Shown: piece after piece, positions 9,223 through 18,591 of the stretch
Numbering within the stretch: the first letter of the stretch is position 1
Layout: each line of letters opens with the position of its first letter
From: a virus
Taxonomy: Duplodnaviria > Caudoviricetes
IMG/VR virus record: IMGVR_UViG_3300046170_000034
Location: 1 to 56,258 of that record
Length of the DNA: 56,258 bases
Direction: 5' to 3' (one strand)
Program-made: the position numbers and the translations under genes
Notes under the pieces: generated by a model
The model's input: the letters and a program-made list of their open reading frames with translations, nothing else
Databases searched by the model: none
Told to the model about the DNA's origin: nothing

Positions 9223-10104
9223 ATGCAAAATCTAGCTGAACAAGAAGAGATCGAGGTCGTAGAGACCGAGGAAGTTCAAGAAGTCCCTGTTGAACAGGCG
9301 GCGGAAGAACCTGAAAAGGAAGAAGCCACTGATAAACCAGCCGAGGAGCTTGAGGAATACTCAGACTCTGTTAAGCGTCGTATCAGTAAGCTTACAAATC
9401 GTTTCCGTGAAGAAGAGCGCCAGCGTCAAGCGGCGGTTGAATATGCGGAATCTGTAAAAAAGCAGAACGATGAATTAAAGTCTCGCTTGAATAAGCTGGA
9501 CGAATCCTATGTGGGTGAGTTTGGTAATCGAGTAGAGTCTGATGTTGTTGCCGCTAAAGAAGCGTACAGGAAAGCGTATGAAGACGGTGATTCTGATGCT
9601 ATGTTTGATGCACAGCAAAAGATTAGCCAGCTTGCACTAGAGCAGGCAAGATACGCAGAAGCAAAACGTCGTAATGAAGAGCGTGTTGCCGCCCCACAGG
9701 AAGAACAGCAAGCTCCACAACAGCCTGTCCAACAGCAAGCTCCGGCAAAGCCGGATGTCAAAGCCGAGGACTGGGCGTCTAAGAATGAATGGTTTGGCCA
9801 AGATCAGACGATGACGTATGCCGCTTTTGGCGTACATCGTCAGCTTATTGAGGACGAAGGGTTTGACCCGACGTCAGATGAGTATTATACTGAGCTTGAC
9901 AAAAGAATTCGCACTGAGTTTCCGCACAAGTTTCAGGAAGCAAAGCGCGATTCAGGACCCAGAGTCGCTTCTGCTGAGTCCACGGCTTCAAAGTCGTCGT
10001 CACCAAAGGGGCGCAGAACAGTCAAATTGACTCCTTCGCAGATTGCTATTGCGAAACGGTTGAATGTTCCGCTCGAAGAATATGCAAAACACGTAAAGGA
10101 TTAA
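9223..10104 (+). CDS. Probable capsid scaffolding protein
   Basis: Acidic coiled coil, WASKNEWFG, C-terminal VKLTPSQIAIAKRLNVPLEEYAK; upstream of the capsid genes. Confidence 0.7.
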   Translation: MQNLAEQEEIEVVETEEVQEVPVEQAAEEPEKEEATDKPAEELEEYSDSVKRRISKLTNRFREEERQRQAAVEYAESVKKQNDELKSRLNKLDESYVGEFGNRVESDVVAAKEAYRKAYEDGDSDAMFDAQQKISQLALEQARYAEAKRRNEERVAAPQEEQQAPQQPVQQQAPAKPDVKAEDWASKNEWFGQDQTMTYAAFGVHRQLIEDEGFDPTSDEYYTELDKRIRTEFPHKFQEAKRDSGPRVASAESTASKSSSPKGRRTVKLTPSQIAIAKRLNVPLEEYAKHVKD

Positions 10105-10108
10105 AATT

Positions 10109-10567
10109 ATGGCTGAAAGAACTAAACGCGAAGCAGAGACACGCGCAACTACCCAACGGCGTAAGCCTTGGGCACCACCTTCTAACTTGGCGGCACCAGA
10201 TGCACCAGCAGGTTATAAGCATCGTTGGATCAGAACTTCCATTCGTGGAGAGGAAGATAAGACGAATGTACATTCCAAGCTGCGTGAGGGATGGGAACCA
10301 GTTCGAGCGGATGAGTATCCGGACGAAGTGAACCGCTATCCAGTGTTGGAAGAGGGTAAGAACGCAGGGGTGATTGGCGTAGGCGGACTAATGCTATGTC
10401 GCATCCCCGAAGAAACGGTAGAGGAAAGAACTGAATATTATCGGGATCAGACCCGCAACCAAATGAAGGCCGTTGACGAAAACCTGATGAGGGAACAACA
10501 TCCCTCGATGCCTATCCATAACGATAGGAAAAGTGATGTATCATTCGGTGGCCGACGAGATCGTTAG
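10109..10567 (+). CDS. Conserved head-module hypothetical protein
   Basis: WAPPSNL, YKHRWIR and LREGWEPV blocks; lies between scaffold and capsid genes. Confidence 0.75.
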   Translation: MAERTKREAETRATTQRRKPWAPPSNLAAPDAPAGYKHRWIRTSIRGEEDKTNVHSKLREGWEPVRADEYPDEVNRYPVLEEGKNAGVIGVGGLMLCRIPEETVEERTEYYRDQTRNQMKAVDENLMREQHPSMPIHNDRKSDVSFGGRRDR

Positions 10568-10596
10568 CCATCTAACATAGAGAGAAAGGTAGCATT

Positions 10597-11211
10597 ATGG
10601 CAAATGTCAATGTTGCGTTCGGCTTAAAGCCGATCAATAACGCAGGTAGCACACCAGCTACAGGCGGCACAAATGCATACCTCATCGCTAGCAATGCGTC
10701 AGCAATCTATCAGGGTTCTGCGGTAAAGGCAGTAAACGGTGGCTCAATTGCCATTGGTTCTGCATCCGGAGACACTGTAGCATTTCTAGGTGTATTCGCT
10801 GGTTGTGAGTATGTATCTTCGACTACAGGAAAGAAAGTCTTTTCAAACTTTTGGCCGGGTTCAGGTGCCGATACAGATTTCGATATTATCGGATTTGTGT
10901 ACGACAACCCGCTCCAGCGCTTTTTAGTTTGTACAGACGCCACTTTCACAAATCAGGCAACTGCTGAAGCAGCCATCTTTGAGAACTCACAGTTCAATAG
11001 TGGTGCTGGCGGTAGCACAACAACAGGTATCTCCAACGCTCAGTTGGATGTAGCTACTTTGGACTCATCAAACGCATCTCTTCCTTTGAAGATTGTGGGC
11101 ATCGGTACTGATGCTGATAATGAGGACTACGCAGCTGCTGGACTTCCTGTGATTGTGATGATCAATAACCATGCACTGCTTCAGGCTGATTCTGAAGCGG
11201 CAATTTCTTAG
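10597..11211 (+). CDS. Probable capsid decoration/minor capsid protein
   Basis: A/G/S-rich beta protein starting MANVNVAFGLKP, immediately upstream of the MCP. Confidence 0.65.
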   Translation: MANVNVAFGLKPINNAGSTPATGGTNAYLIASNASAIYQGSAVKAVNGGSIAIGSASGDTVAFLGVFAGCEYVSSTTGKKVFSNFWPGSGADTDFDIIGFVYDNPLQRFLVCTDATFTNQATAEAAIFENSQFNSGAGGSTTTGISNAQLDVATLDSSNASLPLKIVGIGTDADNEDYAAAGLPVIVMINNHALLQADSEAAIS

Positions 11212-11223
11212 GGAGGCTAACTA

Positions 11224-12135
11224 ATGGCTATTTCTCGCGCACAACTCGCCAAAGAACTAGAGCCGGGTCTTAACGCTCTCTTTGGTATGGAATATGGTCG
11301 CTACGAAGGCCAGCATGCAGAAATCTTCGACACAGAGTCATCTGACCGTGCGTTTGAAGAAGAAGTAATGCTGTCAGGTTTCGGTGCCGCTCCTGTTAAA
11401 CAGGAAGGTTCAGGAATCGCTTATGACGATGCGAACGAGGCTTATACCGCTCGGTATAACCACGAGACCGTTGCTATGGGCTTCTCGATCACAGAAGAAG
11501 CAGTAGAGGACAACCTCTATGACCGTCTTGGTGCTCGCTATACTCGTGCTCTTGCACGTTCTATGGCACACACTAAGCAGGTTAAAGCTGCATCTGTCCT
11601 TAACAACGGCTTTGCCGCTGGCGCATTTGCTGGTGGTGATGGTGTAGCTCTTATGGCTACTAACCATCCGCTCACAAACGGTGGCACATTCGCCAACGAG
11701 CCGGGCACTGCCGCTGACCTTAACGAAACTTCACTCGAAGACGCATTGATCAGCATCGCTGGTTTTGTTGATGAGCGTGGTTTGGTTATTGCTCTTAAAG
11801 GAATGAAGCTGATTGTTCCACGTCAACTGCAATTCGTTGCAGAGCGTCTGCTTGTATCTAACCTTCGCGTTGGTACTGCGGACAACGATGTAAACGCCAT
11901 CAAGTCATCTGGAATGCTTCCAGAAGGTTACGTAGTCAACGACTACCTGACAGACACTGATGCGTTCTTCATCAAGACTGACGCACCGAACGGCTTTAAG
12001 CACTTCGAGCGTATGCCTTTGGCGACTAACATGGATCCAGATTTCGATACTGGCAACATGCGCTTCAAGGCTCGTGAGCGTTACAGCTTCGGCTTTAGCG
12101 ATCCACGCGCTGTGTTCGGTTCACCGGGCGCCTAG
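11224..12135 (+). CDS. Major capsid protein (HK97 fold, Mu gpT-like family)
   Basis: GGAGG RBS. MAISRAQLAKELEPGLNALFG...FKARERYSFGFSDPR; followed by a terminator. Confidence 0.9.
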   Translation: MAISRAQLAKELEPGLNALFGMEYGRYEGQHAEIFDTESSDRAFEEEVMLSGFGAAPVKQEGSGIAYDDANEAYTARYNHETVAMGFSITEEAVEDNLYDRLGARYTRALARSMAHTKQVKAASVLNNGFAAGAFAGGDGVALMATNHPLTNGGTFANEPGTAADLNETSLEDALISIAGFVDERGLVIALKGMKLIVPRQLQFVAERLLVSNLRVGTADNDVNAIKSSGMLPEGYVVNDYLTDTDAFFIKTDAPNGFKHFERMPLATNMDPDFDTGNMRFKARERYSFGFSDPRAVFGSPGA

Positions 12136-12154
12136 TGAAGACACAAAGATAATT

Positions 12155-12184
12155 AAAGGGCGGCTTTGCAGTCGCCCTTTTTTT
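12155..12184 (+). terminator. Rho-independent terminator after MCP
   Basis: AAAGGGCGGCT-TTGC-AGTCGCCCTTT followed by a T run. Confidence 0.85.
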
Positions 12185-12193
12185 ATGTATAAT
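12166..12193 (+). promoter_or_regulatory. Sigma70-like promoter overlapping the terminator
   Basis: TTGCAG (12166) - 16 bp - TATAAT (12188). Confidence 0.5.
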
Positions 12194-12199
12194 AAAGCA

Positions 12200-12246
12200 T
12201 CCCTGACAGCCTCATGGTGAGGCTGACATTAGCCACGACAGGAGAA
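12200..12246 (+). promoter_or_regulatory. Candidate structured 5' leader RNA
   Basis: CAGCCTCA-TGG-TGAGGCTG hairpin enclosed by a CCTG/CAGG pairing that overlaps the SD AGGAGA. Confidence 0.45.
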
Positions 12247-12250
12247 TTAA

Positions 12251-12712
12251 ATGGCTACGACTACTTTCTCCGGACCTATTAAGGCCGGAACCATCAAGAA
12301 CACAACAGGTTCAACTCTTGGCTCAAACATTGCCAACGTTGGTCAGGTTGTTATGGCTCAGACATTTTCAGTAGATCTTTCAGGCGGCGCTGTTGCGGCC
12401 TCAGTCACTGACGTTGTTATTCCAGCAAACTCTCAGATCATTGACTGTGTAATCGACGTAATTACTGCGGCGAACACTGCAACTAACCTTAGTGTCGGTG
12501 ACACTGTTGGTGGTGCGGCTACAGTCGTGAACACATTTGCAATCGGGACAACTGCTGGTCGTAAGTATCCAACAACTCAGGCTGGCGCTGCATTGGCTTG
12601 GCAGGACACAGGTACAGCGGACATCCGCTTGACTGTTACTGGCTCTGCCGCAACAAACGCAGGTCTTGTTCGCGTTACTATCCTTTATCAGCAGAACAAC
12701 AACCTAGCTTAG
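12251..12712 (+). CDS. Probable virion structural protein
   Basis: AGGAG RBS; T/A/G-rich beta protein starting MATTTFSGPIK. Confidence 0.75.
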   Translation: MATTTFSGPIKAGTIKNTTGSTLGSNIANVGQVVMAQTFSVDLSGGAVAASVTDVVIPANSQIIDCVIDVITAANTATNLSVGDTVGGAATVVNTFAIGTTAGRKYPTTQAGAALAWQDTGTADIRLTVTGSAATNAGLVRVTILYQQNNNLA

Positions 12713-12724
12713 TAGGAGGGCGGA

Positions 12725-12997
12725 ATGGCTGCTTCTATTACAGCAAAGACTGCCACAGCTACAGGAACATTGCAGGGCGGTAGAACTCGTCTAAAGGCTT
12801 TCTATGTAAAGACAGCCTCTAGTGGTTCACCTGCGGCTGTGTTTAAAAACGGGAGCGGCGGTGCAACATTGTTGTCTATGGTGTTTCACACATCGGATGA
12901 CAATCAAATCACCATTCCTGACCACGGTATGATCTTCGAGGATGAGTGTCATGTAACGCTCACAAACGTAGATTCTATAACTGGGTTTTTTGGCTAA
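12725..12997 (+). CDS. Small hypothetical (probably structural) protein
   Basis: AGGAGG RBS; 90 aa. Confidence 0.75.
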   Translation: MAASITAKTATATGTLQGGRTRLKAFYVKTASSGSPAAVFKNGSGGATLLSMVFHTSDDNQITIPDHGMIFEDECHVTLTNVDSITGFFG

Positions 12998-13260
12998 TGG
13001 CTAAAAAGAAGACAGTTAGTCTTTCGGTGAAGCGGGGGGAAAAACTTCCCGCTTCCAAAGGCGCAGGTCTTACAGCCAAGGGTCGGGCTAAATACAATCG
13101 TGCCACGGGGTCAAAGTTAAAAGCTCCACAGCCGGGTGGCGGCAAGCGTAAAAAATCGTATTGTTCTCGCTCTGCTGGTCAGATGAAGATGCATGGAATT
13201 AGTTGCAAGAAGACGCCTAAAAAACGTATTTGCGCGGCGAGAAGAAGGTGGAAGTGCTAA
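12997..13260 (+). CDS. Small highly basic protein
   Basis: TAATG-coupled; GAGLTAKGRAKYNRATGSKLKAP...SYCSRS...RRRWKC. Confidence 0.75.
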   Translation: MAKKKTVSLSVKRGEKLPASKGAGLTAKGRAKYNRATGSKLKAPQPGGGKRKKSYCSRSAGQMKMHGISCKKTPKKRICAARRRWKC

Positions 13261-13460
13261 TGGACAAAATCATGCCTGTGGCTTTACTTGGGTTCCTTGG
13301 TTGGATCGGAATAGAAGTCACTCAGCTAAAGACAGATACGGCGGTTGTTGCTCAAAAGGTAACAGAAAACCACCGCATGTTGTCGGTGCTTTGGGATGAT
13401 TTTATAAAGGAGAAACGAAATGGCCATCTCGCGTGGTTCAATGGAGAAACAAGTGAGTAA
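13260..13460 (+). CDS. Small protein with N-terminal TM helix and coiled coil
   Basis: TAATG-coupled ATG 13260; VALLGFLGWIGI. Confidence 0.6.
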   Translation: MDKIMPVALLGFLGWIGIEVTQLKTDTAVVAQKVTENHRMLSVLWDDFIKEKRNGHLAWFNGETSE

Positions 13461-13638
13461 GAGTGGATCAAAAGATGCATGTTACAGCAAGGTTAAACGC
13501 CGTTATAAGGTCTTCCCGTCAGCGTATGCAAGCGGGGCAATCGCCAAGTGTCGTAAAGTCGGTGCAAAAAACTGGGGAAATAAAACCAAAAAAGCATCAG
13601 GCGGAACATACAAGTACAGAACAACCAAGGTATATTGA
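13420..13638 (+). CDS. Small basic protein with MCP-like N-terminus
   Basis: AAGGAG RBS; MAISRGSMEKQV...KDACYSKVKRRYKVFPSAYASGAIAKCRK...KKASGG. Confidence 0.75.
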   Translation: MAISRGSMEKQVSKSGSKDACYSKVKRRYKVFPSAYASGAIAKCRKVGAKNWGNKTKKASGGTYKYRTTKVY

Positions 13639-13668
13639 TAGCGGCATCTGTCGCATGAAACCTATGTG

Positions 13669-13896
13669 ATGGCTGATGTATTTTTACTTCTTGTGTATTT
13701 AGGTACGGGAGATCTTAGAAAATTAGAAAGCGCAGACATGTATTTTTACTCGGTTAAAGAGTGTAACTACTTTGCGTCTCAGGTCACTAAACGGTTTGGT
13801 AATTACAGTTACAAAGATTATTTAGATCCAAAGGACAGAGCTACTGCGTATTGTGTTCCAAGAAGAATAGATTCAAAGGAAGTAAAGGTTTACTAG
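13669..13896 (+). CDS. Small hypothetical protein
   Basis: Hydrophobic N-terminus, FYSVKECN, AYCVP. Confidence 0.6.
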   Translation: MADVFLLLVYLGTGDLRKLESADMYFYSVKECNYFASQVTKRFGNYSYKDYLDPKDRATAYCVPRRIDSKEVKVY

Positions 13897-13897
13897 C

Positions 13898-14590
13898 ATG
13901 GAACCAATTACCACAGCGTTAGCAGGCATAGCACTCGTCAAAGGAGCCACAGATGCAATTAAATCTGCTATCGGAACCTGTAATGATATTTCCGAAATTG
14001 CTGGCTACATAGACAATTTATTTGAGGGTCAGTCTCAAGTAAACAAAGAGCGCAATAAAAAAAGTGGTGTTAGCGCGATGGATGGCATTGGCGGCGTAGC
14101 ATCTGAAATGATTGATGCTAAGTTAGCCCAAGAAAAATTATACGAAGTTAGCATGCTTGTTGATCTTCGGTTTGGCAGTGGTACTTGGAAAGCTATCGTT
14201 GAAGAAAGAGCAAGACGTTTACAAGCCGTTAAGGAAAGACAGAAACAAATGGCGTTAGAAAAAGCGGCTCAACGTAAAGAAATTTTTGATGGGCTGACCA
14301 TGCTGTTTTATTTAATTATGGGCATCATTGCCTTTGGCTTAATAGCTGTCGTTGCCTTTAAGGCATCTGCGGCTAATCAAAGAATGGTAACTTGCAGACT
14401 TGCCGCCACAGAAAAAATCTCTAAGACACAAATAATGTGCTTTTATGAAGGTGCCAACAACACGCAGGAAAACCACACAACAGAACTTTATCTTGGTTGT
14501 CAACGGCAGTATGCTTGTAAATATAATCCAAATCCATCAGGGGCGTCTCTGAAGGAAACTATGGAAAGCATAAAAGGAGCACTTGATTAA
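13898..14590 (+). CDS. Hypothetical membrane protein
   Basis: MEPITTALAG, coiled coil, one TM helix, Cys-containing C-terminal domain. Confidence 0.7.
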   Translation: MEPITTALAGIALVKGATDAIKSAIGTCNDISEIAGYIDNLFEGQSQVNKERNKKSGVSAMDGIGGVASEMIDAKLAQEKLYEVSMLVDLRFGSGTWKAIVEERARRLQAVKERQKQMALEKAAQRKEIFDGLTMLFYLIMGIIAFGLIAVVAFKASAANQRMVTCRLAATEKISKTQIMCFYEGANNTQENHTTELYLGCQRQYACKYNPNPSGASLKETMESIKGALD

Positions 14591-14868
14591 TGGCTGTAAG
14601 AAAGACGAAAAAAGGTGCCGCACTTAAACGATGGTTCAAAGAAGACTGGAAAGACGTCAGTACGGGAAAAGCGTGTGGCCGTGGCAAGGGTGAAAAACGG
14701 GGTACTCCATATTGTCGCCCCAGTAAACGAGTTTCCTCGAAAACCCCGAAAACCTCAAGTGAAATGACAAGTGCAGAAAAGCGTAGTAGAATAGCGCAGA
14801 AGAAAAGACTTGGTCAGCCAGCGGGTAAGCCAAGACGTGTTAAATCATTAAAGAGAAGGAAAAAGTAA
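14590..14868 (+). CDS. Small highly basic protein
   Basis: LKRWFKEDWKDV..GKACGR...PYCRPSKRVSSKTPKT; coupled at both ends. Confidence 0.75.
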   Translation: MAVRKTKKGAALKRWFKEDWKDVSTGKACGRGKGEKRGTPYCRPSKRVSSKTPKTSSEMTSAEKRSRIAQKKRLGQPAGKPRRVKSLKRRKK

Positions 14869-15098
14869 TGTCACATTGTTCTCCCCGTAAAGCTATGGGC
14901 GGTGCTATGAATATGCCCACTCGCAACACCAAAGCTCCAAGTCGCACTCGTTTTAAGATGGGCGGCGGTAACTTCCCTGACGTTGATGGTAGCGGAGACG
15001 TTACTATGAAAGATGTTTTAATCAAACGTGGTGTAATAGACAAGCAGGGCAAGAAGGTCAAAAAAGGTCATGGCGGCACACATAGAAAGAAAAAGTAA
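14868..15098 (+). CDS. Small basic protein with EF-hand-like loop
   Basis: PDVDGSGDVTMKDVL; three xxGG motifs. Confidence 0.65.
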   Translation: MSHCSPRKAMGGAMNMPTRNTKAPSRTRFKMGGGNFPDVDGSGDVTMKDVLIKRGVIDKQGKKVKKGHGGTHRKKK

Positions 15099-15767
15099 AT
15101 GGCAACTTCAGGTTCACGAGACTTTGATCTCGACGTAGCAGAAATAATCGAAGAAGCATATGAGCGGTGCGGTTTAGAATTACGCACTGGTTATGATGCT
15201 CGTTCGGCACGTAGATCAATGAACTTGATGTTCGCTGACTGGGCTAACCGTGGTCTTAATTTATGGACAGTCAAGCAAGCCACACAAGCTTTGACTCAAG
15301 GCACAGCAACGTACACGTTCACCGCTGACTACACCGATCTTCTTGACGTTGTTGTTCGCCGTAGTGGCACCGACTTTGAACTAAGTCGCATGTCTCGAAG
15401 TGAGTACCTTAACACACCTAATAAAACTACACAGGGTCGTCCTAGTCAGTTTTACTATAACAGGCAGGTTTCCCCTGAAGTCACATTATGGCCCACTCCT
15501 GAAAACTCCACAGACACATTGGTATATTATTATGTTCAACGGATTGAAGATGTCGATGCTTTGGTTAACACAACAGATGCACCGTTTAGGTTTTTGCCCT
15601 GCATGGTTGCAGGTCTTGCGTACTATACTGCTCTTAAAAAAGCACCGGAACGGGTGCAGCTTCTAAAGAACCTGTACGAAGAAGAGTTCCAACGTGCGGC
15701 GGACGAGGACGAAGATCGTGTGGCACTGAAGCTACAGCCTAGTGTGCAGTATTTGAGGGTTAACTAA
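15099..15767 (+). CDS. Head-tail adaptor / tail tubular protein
   Basis: EIIEEAYERCG, WANRGLNLWT and PFRFLPCMVAGLAYY; position after head genes. Confidence 0.7.
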   Translation: MATSGSRDFDLDVAEIIEEAYERCGLELRTGYDARSARRSMNLMFADWANRGLNLWTVKQATQALTQGTATYTFTADYTDLLDVVVRRSGTDFELSRMSRSEYLNTPNKTTQGRPSQFYYNRQVSPEVTLWPTPENSTDTLVYYYVQRIEDVDALVNTTDAPFRFLPCMVAGLAYYTALKKAPERVQLLKNLYEEEFQRAADEDEDRVALKLQPSVQYLRVN

Positions 15768-16273
15768 TGGCTAGATACGCATCAGGCAAAGATGCTTGGG
15801 GGTTCTCAGATAGATCTGGGTTCCGCTACAGGCTTGCTGACATGCGTGTGGAATGGGATGGCTTGAAGGTAGGTCCGGATGAATACGATCCAAAGCATCC
15901 ACAACTAACACCCCCAAATGTAGGACCTGATCCACAGGCTTTGCATGACCCACGACCTGATCAAAGGGTCGAAGTTGCTGTCGAGGTTTTACTAGACTCA
16001 AACGCTTTTTCATCAGGGACAGCGGGCACAGCCACAATAACGGTGATACAGCGTTCTCATGGACGTAGCACGTCGGATACTGTAAGATTCCGCAAGGTTG
16101 AAGCCTTTGACGGGTTTACTGAGGCTGTGTTGGAAAACTCTAGCGGGTATTCAATAACTGTTGTTGATGTTAATACATACACATTCTCAGCTTCGTCAGG
16201 CACTGCAACCACAGGAAATGTACGTGGTGGCGGCGACAATGCAACTGCTGGGCCTGTCACTCTGGAGAATTAA
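15767..16273 (+). CDS. Virion-associated hypothetical protein
   Basis: SDRSGFRY...KHPQL...DPQAL N-terminus plus a beta-rich C-terminal domain. Confidence 0.7.
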   Translation: MARYASGKDAWGFSDRSGFRYRLADMRVEWDGLKVGPDEYDPKHPQLTPPNVGPDPQALHDPRPDQRVEVAVEVLLDSNAFSSGTAGTATITVIQRSHGRSTSDTVRFRKVEAFDGFTEAVLENSSGYSITVVDVNTYTFSASSGTATTGNVRGGGDNATAGPVTLEN

Positions 16274-16924
16274 ATGAGCTACACTTTTGCACAATTAAAG
16301 ACAGCGATTCAGGATTACACAGAGAACACCGAGTCTTCTTTTGTGACGAACCTTCCTACGTTTATTAAGAATGCTGAAACTCGTATATTCAAGCTTGTCG
16401 ATCTTGAGCTTTTTAGGAAGAACGCTACCAGTTCGATGTCCACTGGCGGTGATCCATTTCTGTCTGTTCCATCCGATTATTTAGCGTCTTTTTCATTGTC
16501 TATTACAGTTAGTAGTGAAAAGCAGTTCTTGTTGCAAAAGGACGTGAACTTCGTGCAGGAGTACAATCCCAACCCTGCTACAACGGGCGTTCCTAAATAC
16601 TACGCCTTTTTCGATATTGATAACTTTATTGTGGCACCAACACCCGATAGTGCCTATCCAGTAGAATTACATTATTATTATAAGCCTACATCATTAACAG
16701 CAGGCTCAGATTCTGGTACAACATGGTTGAGCGAAAACGCTCCTAATGCCATGCTTTACGGTTCGCTTGTAGAAGCATATACTTACATGAAGGGTGAACA
16801 GGATATGCTTACTATGTATGAGAAGCAGTTCACAGAAGCACTAACTCGGATCAAGGATCTGGCAGAGGCCAGAGAAAACAGCGATGCGTATCGCAGGGGC
16901 TTACCAGACAGACCCCGTTCATAA
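16274..16924 (+). CDS. Tail tubular/adaptor-like protein
   Basis: LKTAIQDYTEN, GVPKYYA, APTPD and LYGSLVEAYTYMKG. Confidence 0.7.
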   Translation: MSYTFAQLKTAIQDYTENTESSFVTNLPTFIKNAETRIFKLVDLELFRKNATSSMSTGGDPFLSVPSDYLASFSLSITVSSEKQFLLQKDVNFVQEYNPNPATTGVPKYYAFFDIDNFIVAPTPDSAYPVELHYYYKPTSLTAGSDSGTTWLSENAPNAMLYGSLVEAYTYMKGEQDMLTMYEKQFTEALTRIKDLAEARENSDAYRRGLPDRPRS

Positions 16925-16934
16925 GGAGTAAACG

Positions 16935-17363
16935 ATGGCAACATCAAACGCAGCAACCACCTATCTCGAACACGAAATATTGCAGTTCTTGTTTAAAAAT
17001 AACACGGAAAGCTTTGCTAGCCCGGGCGACAGCATTTATATTGGCCTTGCCACTGCTGTTAGCAGTGCAGAGGGTGGCAGTGTGACAGAGGCTACCTTTG
17101 GAAACTATGCCAGACAACAGGTAGCTGCATCAGCTTGGACAGTTCCAGCCGTTAGCACGGATACTCAGACAGCTACTAACTCAGCTAATGTTGAGTTTCC
17201 AGCGTCTAGCGGAACCAGCAACACGATCACACACGCCTTCGTAGCAGATGCCTCTTCAAGCGGTAATATACTGTTTGTAGGTGCTTTGGACGCTAACAAG
17301 ACAATCGCAACAGGTGATATATTCCGTATCAATGCAGGTAACTTTTCAATAGAATTGAAGTAA
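16935..17363 (+). CDS. Tail/fibre-attachment protein
   Basis: AAGGAG RBS; YIGLAT, YARQ, ITHAFVADASSSGNILF. Confidence 0.7.
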   Translation: MATSNAATTYLEHEILQFLFKNNTESFASPGDSIYIGLATAVSSAEGGSVTEATFGNYARQQVAASAWTVPAVSTDTQTATNSANVEFPASSGTSNTITHAFVADASSSGNILFVGALDANKTIATGDIFRINAGNFSIELK

Positions 17364-17364
17364 C

Positions 17365-18231
17365 ATGGCACTTGTTCTTAGAGATCGTGTAAAAGAAACG
17401 ACTACAACCACAGGAACTGGCACATATACATTAGCTGGGGCAATGACTGGGTTTGAGTCTTTTGGTAGCGTGGGTAACAGTAACACCACCTATTATGGAT
17501 GTAGTGATGGCACCAACTTTGAGGTTGGTATCGGCACATACACGGCTTCTGGAACTACGCTGGCAAGAACCGCGATTCTGCAATCCAGTAACAGCGACAA
17601 CGCTGTTAGCTGGGGATCTGGCACGAAGACTATTTTCTGCACACTCCCTGCGGAAAAGATGTCGTTCCTTGATGCGAGTGGTAACTTAGTAGCCGCTAAC
17701 GGTAGCGCGTTGACAGCACTCAACGCCAGTAACATAGCCTCTGGTACGGTTGCTAATGCGAGACTTGATCAACAACTACAGGATGTGGCGGGTCTGGCTG
17801 TCACAAACGGTAACTTTGTAGTTGGTGATGGCAGTAACTTTGTGGCGGAGTCTGGCGCAACAGCTAGAACAAGTTTGGGTTTAGGAACTGCGGCTGTTTT
17901 AGACACAGGTATATCAAACACCAATGTACCTAAGTTTACATCTGGCGTGGCGGATGATGACTTTTTACGTGTAAACGGCACAGATATAGAGGGTAGATCT
18001 GCGGCGGAAGTGCTGTCAGATATTGGTGGTCAGGCATCACTGACATTTGGCATATCTAACACCAACGCGGTGAAGATAGACAGTGCATCGGTTGCAGACG
18101 ATGAGTACGCAAGATTTACATCAAGTGGGCTAGAAAGTAGATCCACATCAGAAGTGCTGTCAGATATTGGTGGTACAACAGCTACTGATGCGGCTAACGA
18201 GGCGACAGCTTTAGCGATAGCCTTGGGCTAA
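17365..18231 (+). CDS. Tail fibre protein with internal repeats
   Basis: MALVLRDRVKETTTTTGTG. Two GISNTN...EVLSDIGG repeats (24-nt exact repeat at 18007 and 18151). Ends ALAIALG. Confidence 0.75.
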   Translation: MALVLRDRVKETTTTTGTGTYTLAGAMTGFESFGSVGNSNTTYYGCSDGTNFEVGIGTYTASGTTLARTAILQSSNSDNAVSWGSGTKTIFCTLPAEKMSFLDASGNLVAANGSALTALNASNIASGTVANARLDQQLQDVAGLAVTNGNFVVGDGSNFVAESGATARTSLGLGTAAVLDTGISNTNVPKFTSGVADDDFLRVNGTDIEGRSAAEVLSDIGGQASLTFGISNTNAVKIDSASVADDEYARFTSSGLESRSTSEVLSDIGGTTATDAANEATALAIALG

Positions 18232-18243
18232 AGGAGAAGAAGA

Positions 18244-18591
18244 ATGGCTAACACTTTTAAGGTGATCACGAAGGCTGGCGTAACATCTCTGGATGTTATC
18301 TATACTGCCGCTGGTAGCACCACGACGGTTGTACTTGGTTTGATATTGGGTAACACAACCACGAGTCAGATTACATCAACTGTAACATTAAACACGGACA
18401 CAGCTAATCGGTCAGGGGCAAACAACGAAGCCAACCAAGCTGTTGAACTTGTGACTAACGCACCTATCCCAGCGGCTTCTTCATTGGAAATGCTTGCAGG
18501 TAACAAGGTAGTGCTTGAAACAACCGATGAAATTAAAGTCTCAGCTACAGGTGCTGTTGACGTAGCCTTATCAGTGATGGAGATAACCTAA
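18244..18591 (+). CDS. Tail fibre connector protein
   Basis: AAGGAG RBS; MANTFK...SVMEIT. Confidence 0.7.
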   Translation: MANTFKVITKAGVTSLDVIYTAAGSTTTVVLGLILGNTTTSQITSTVTLNTDTANRSGANNEANQAVELVTNAPIPAASSLEMLAGNKVVLETTDEIKVSATGAVDVALSVMEIT

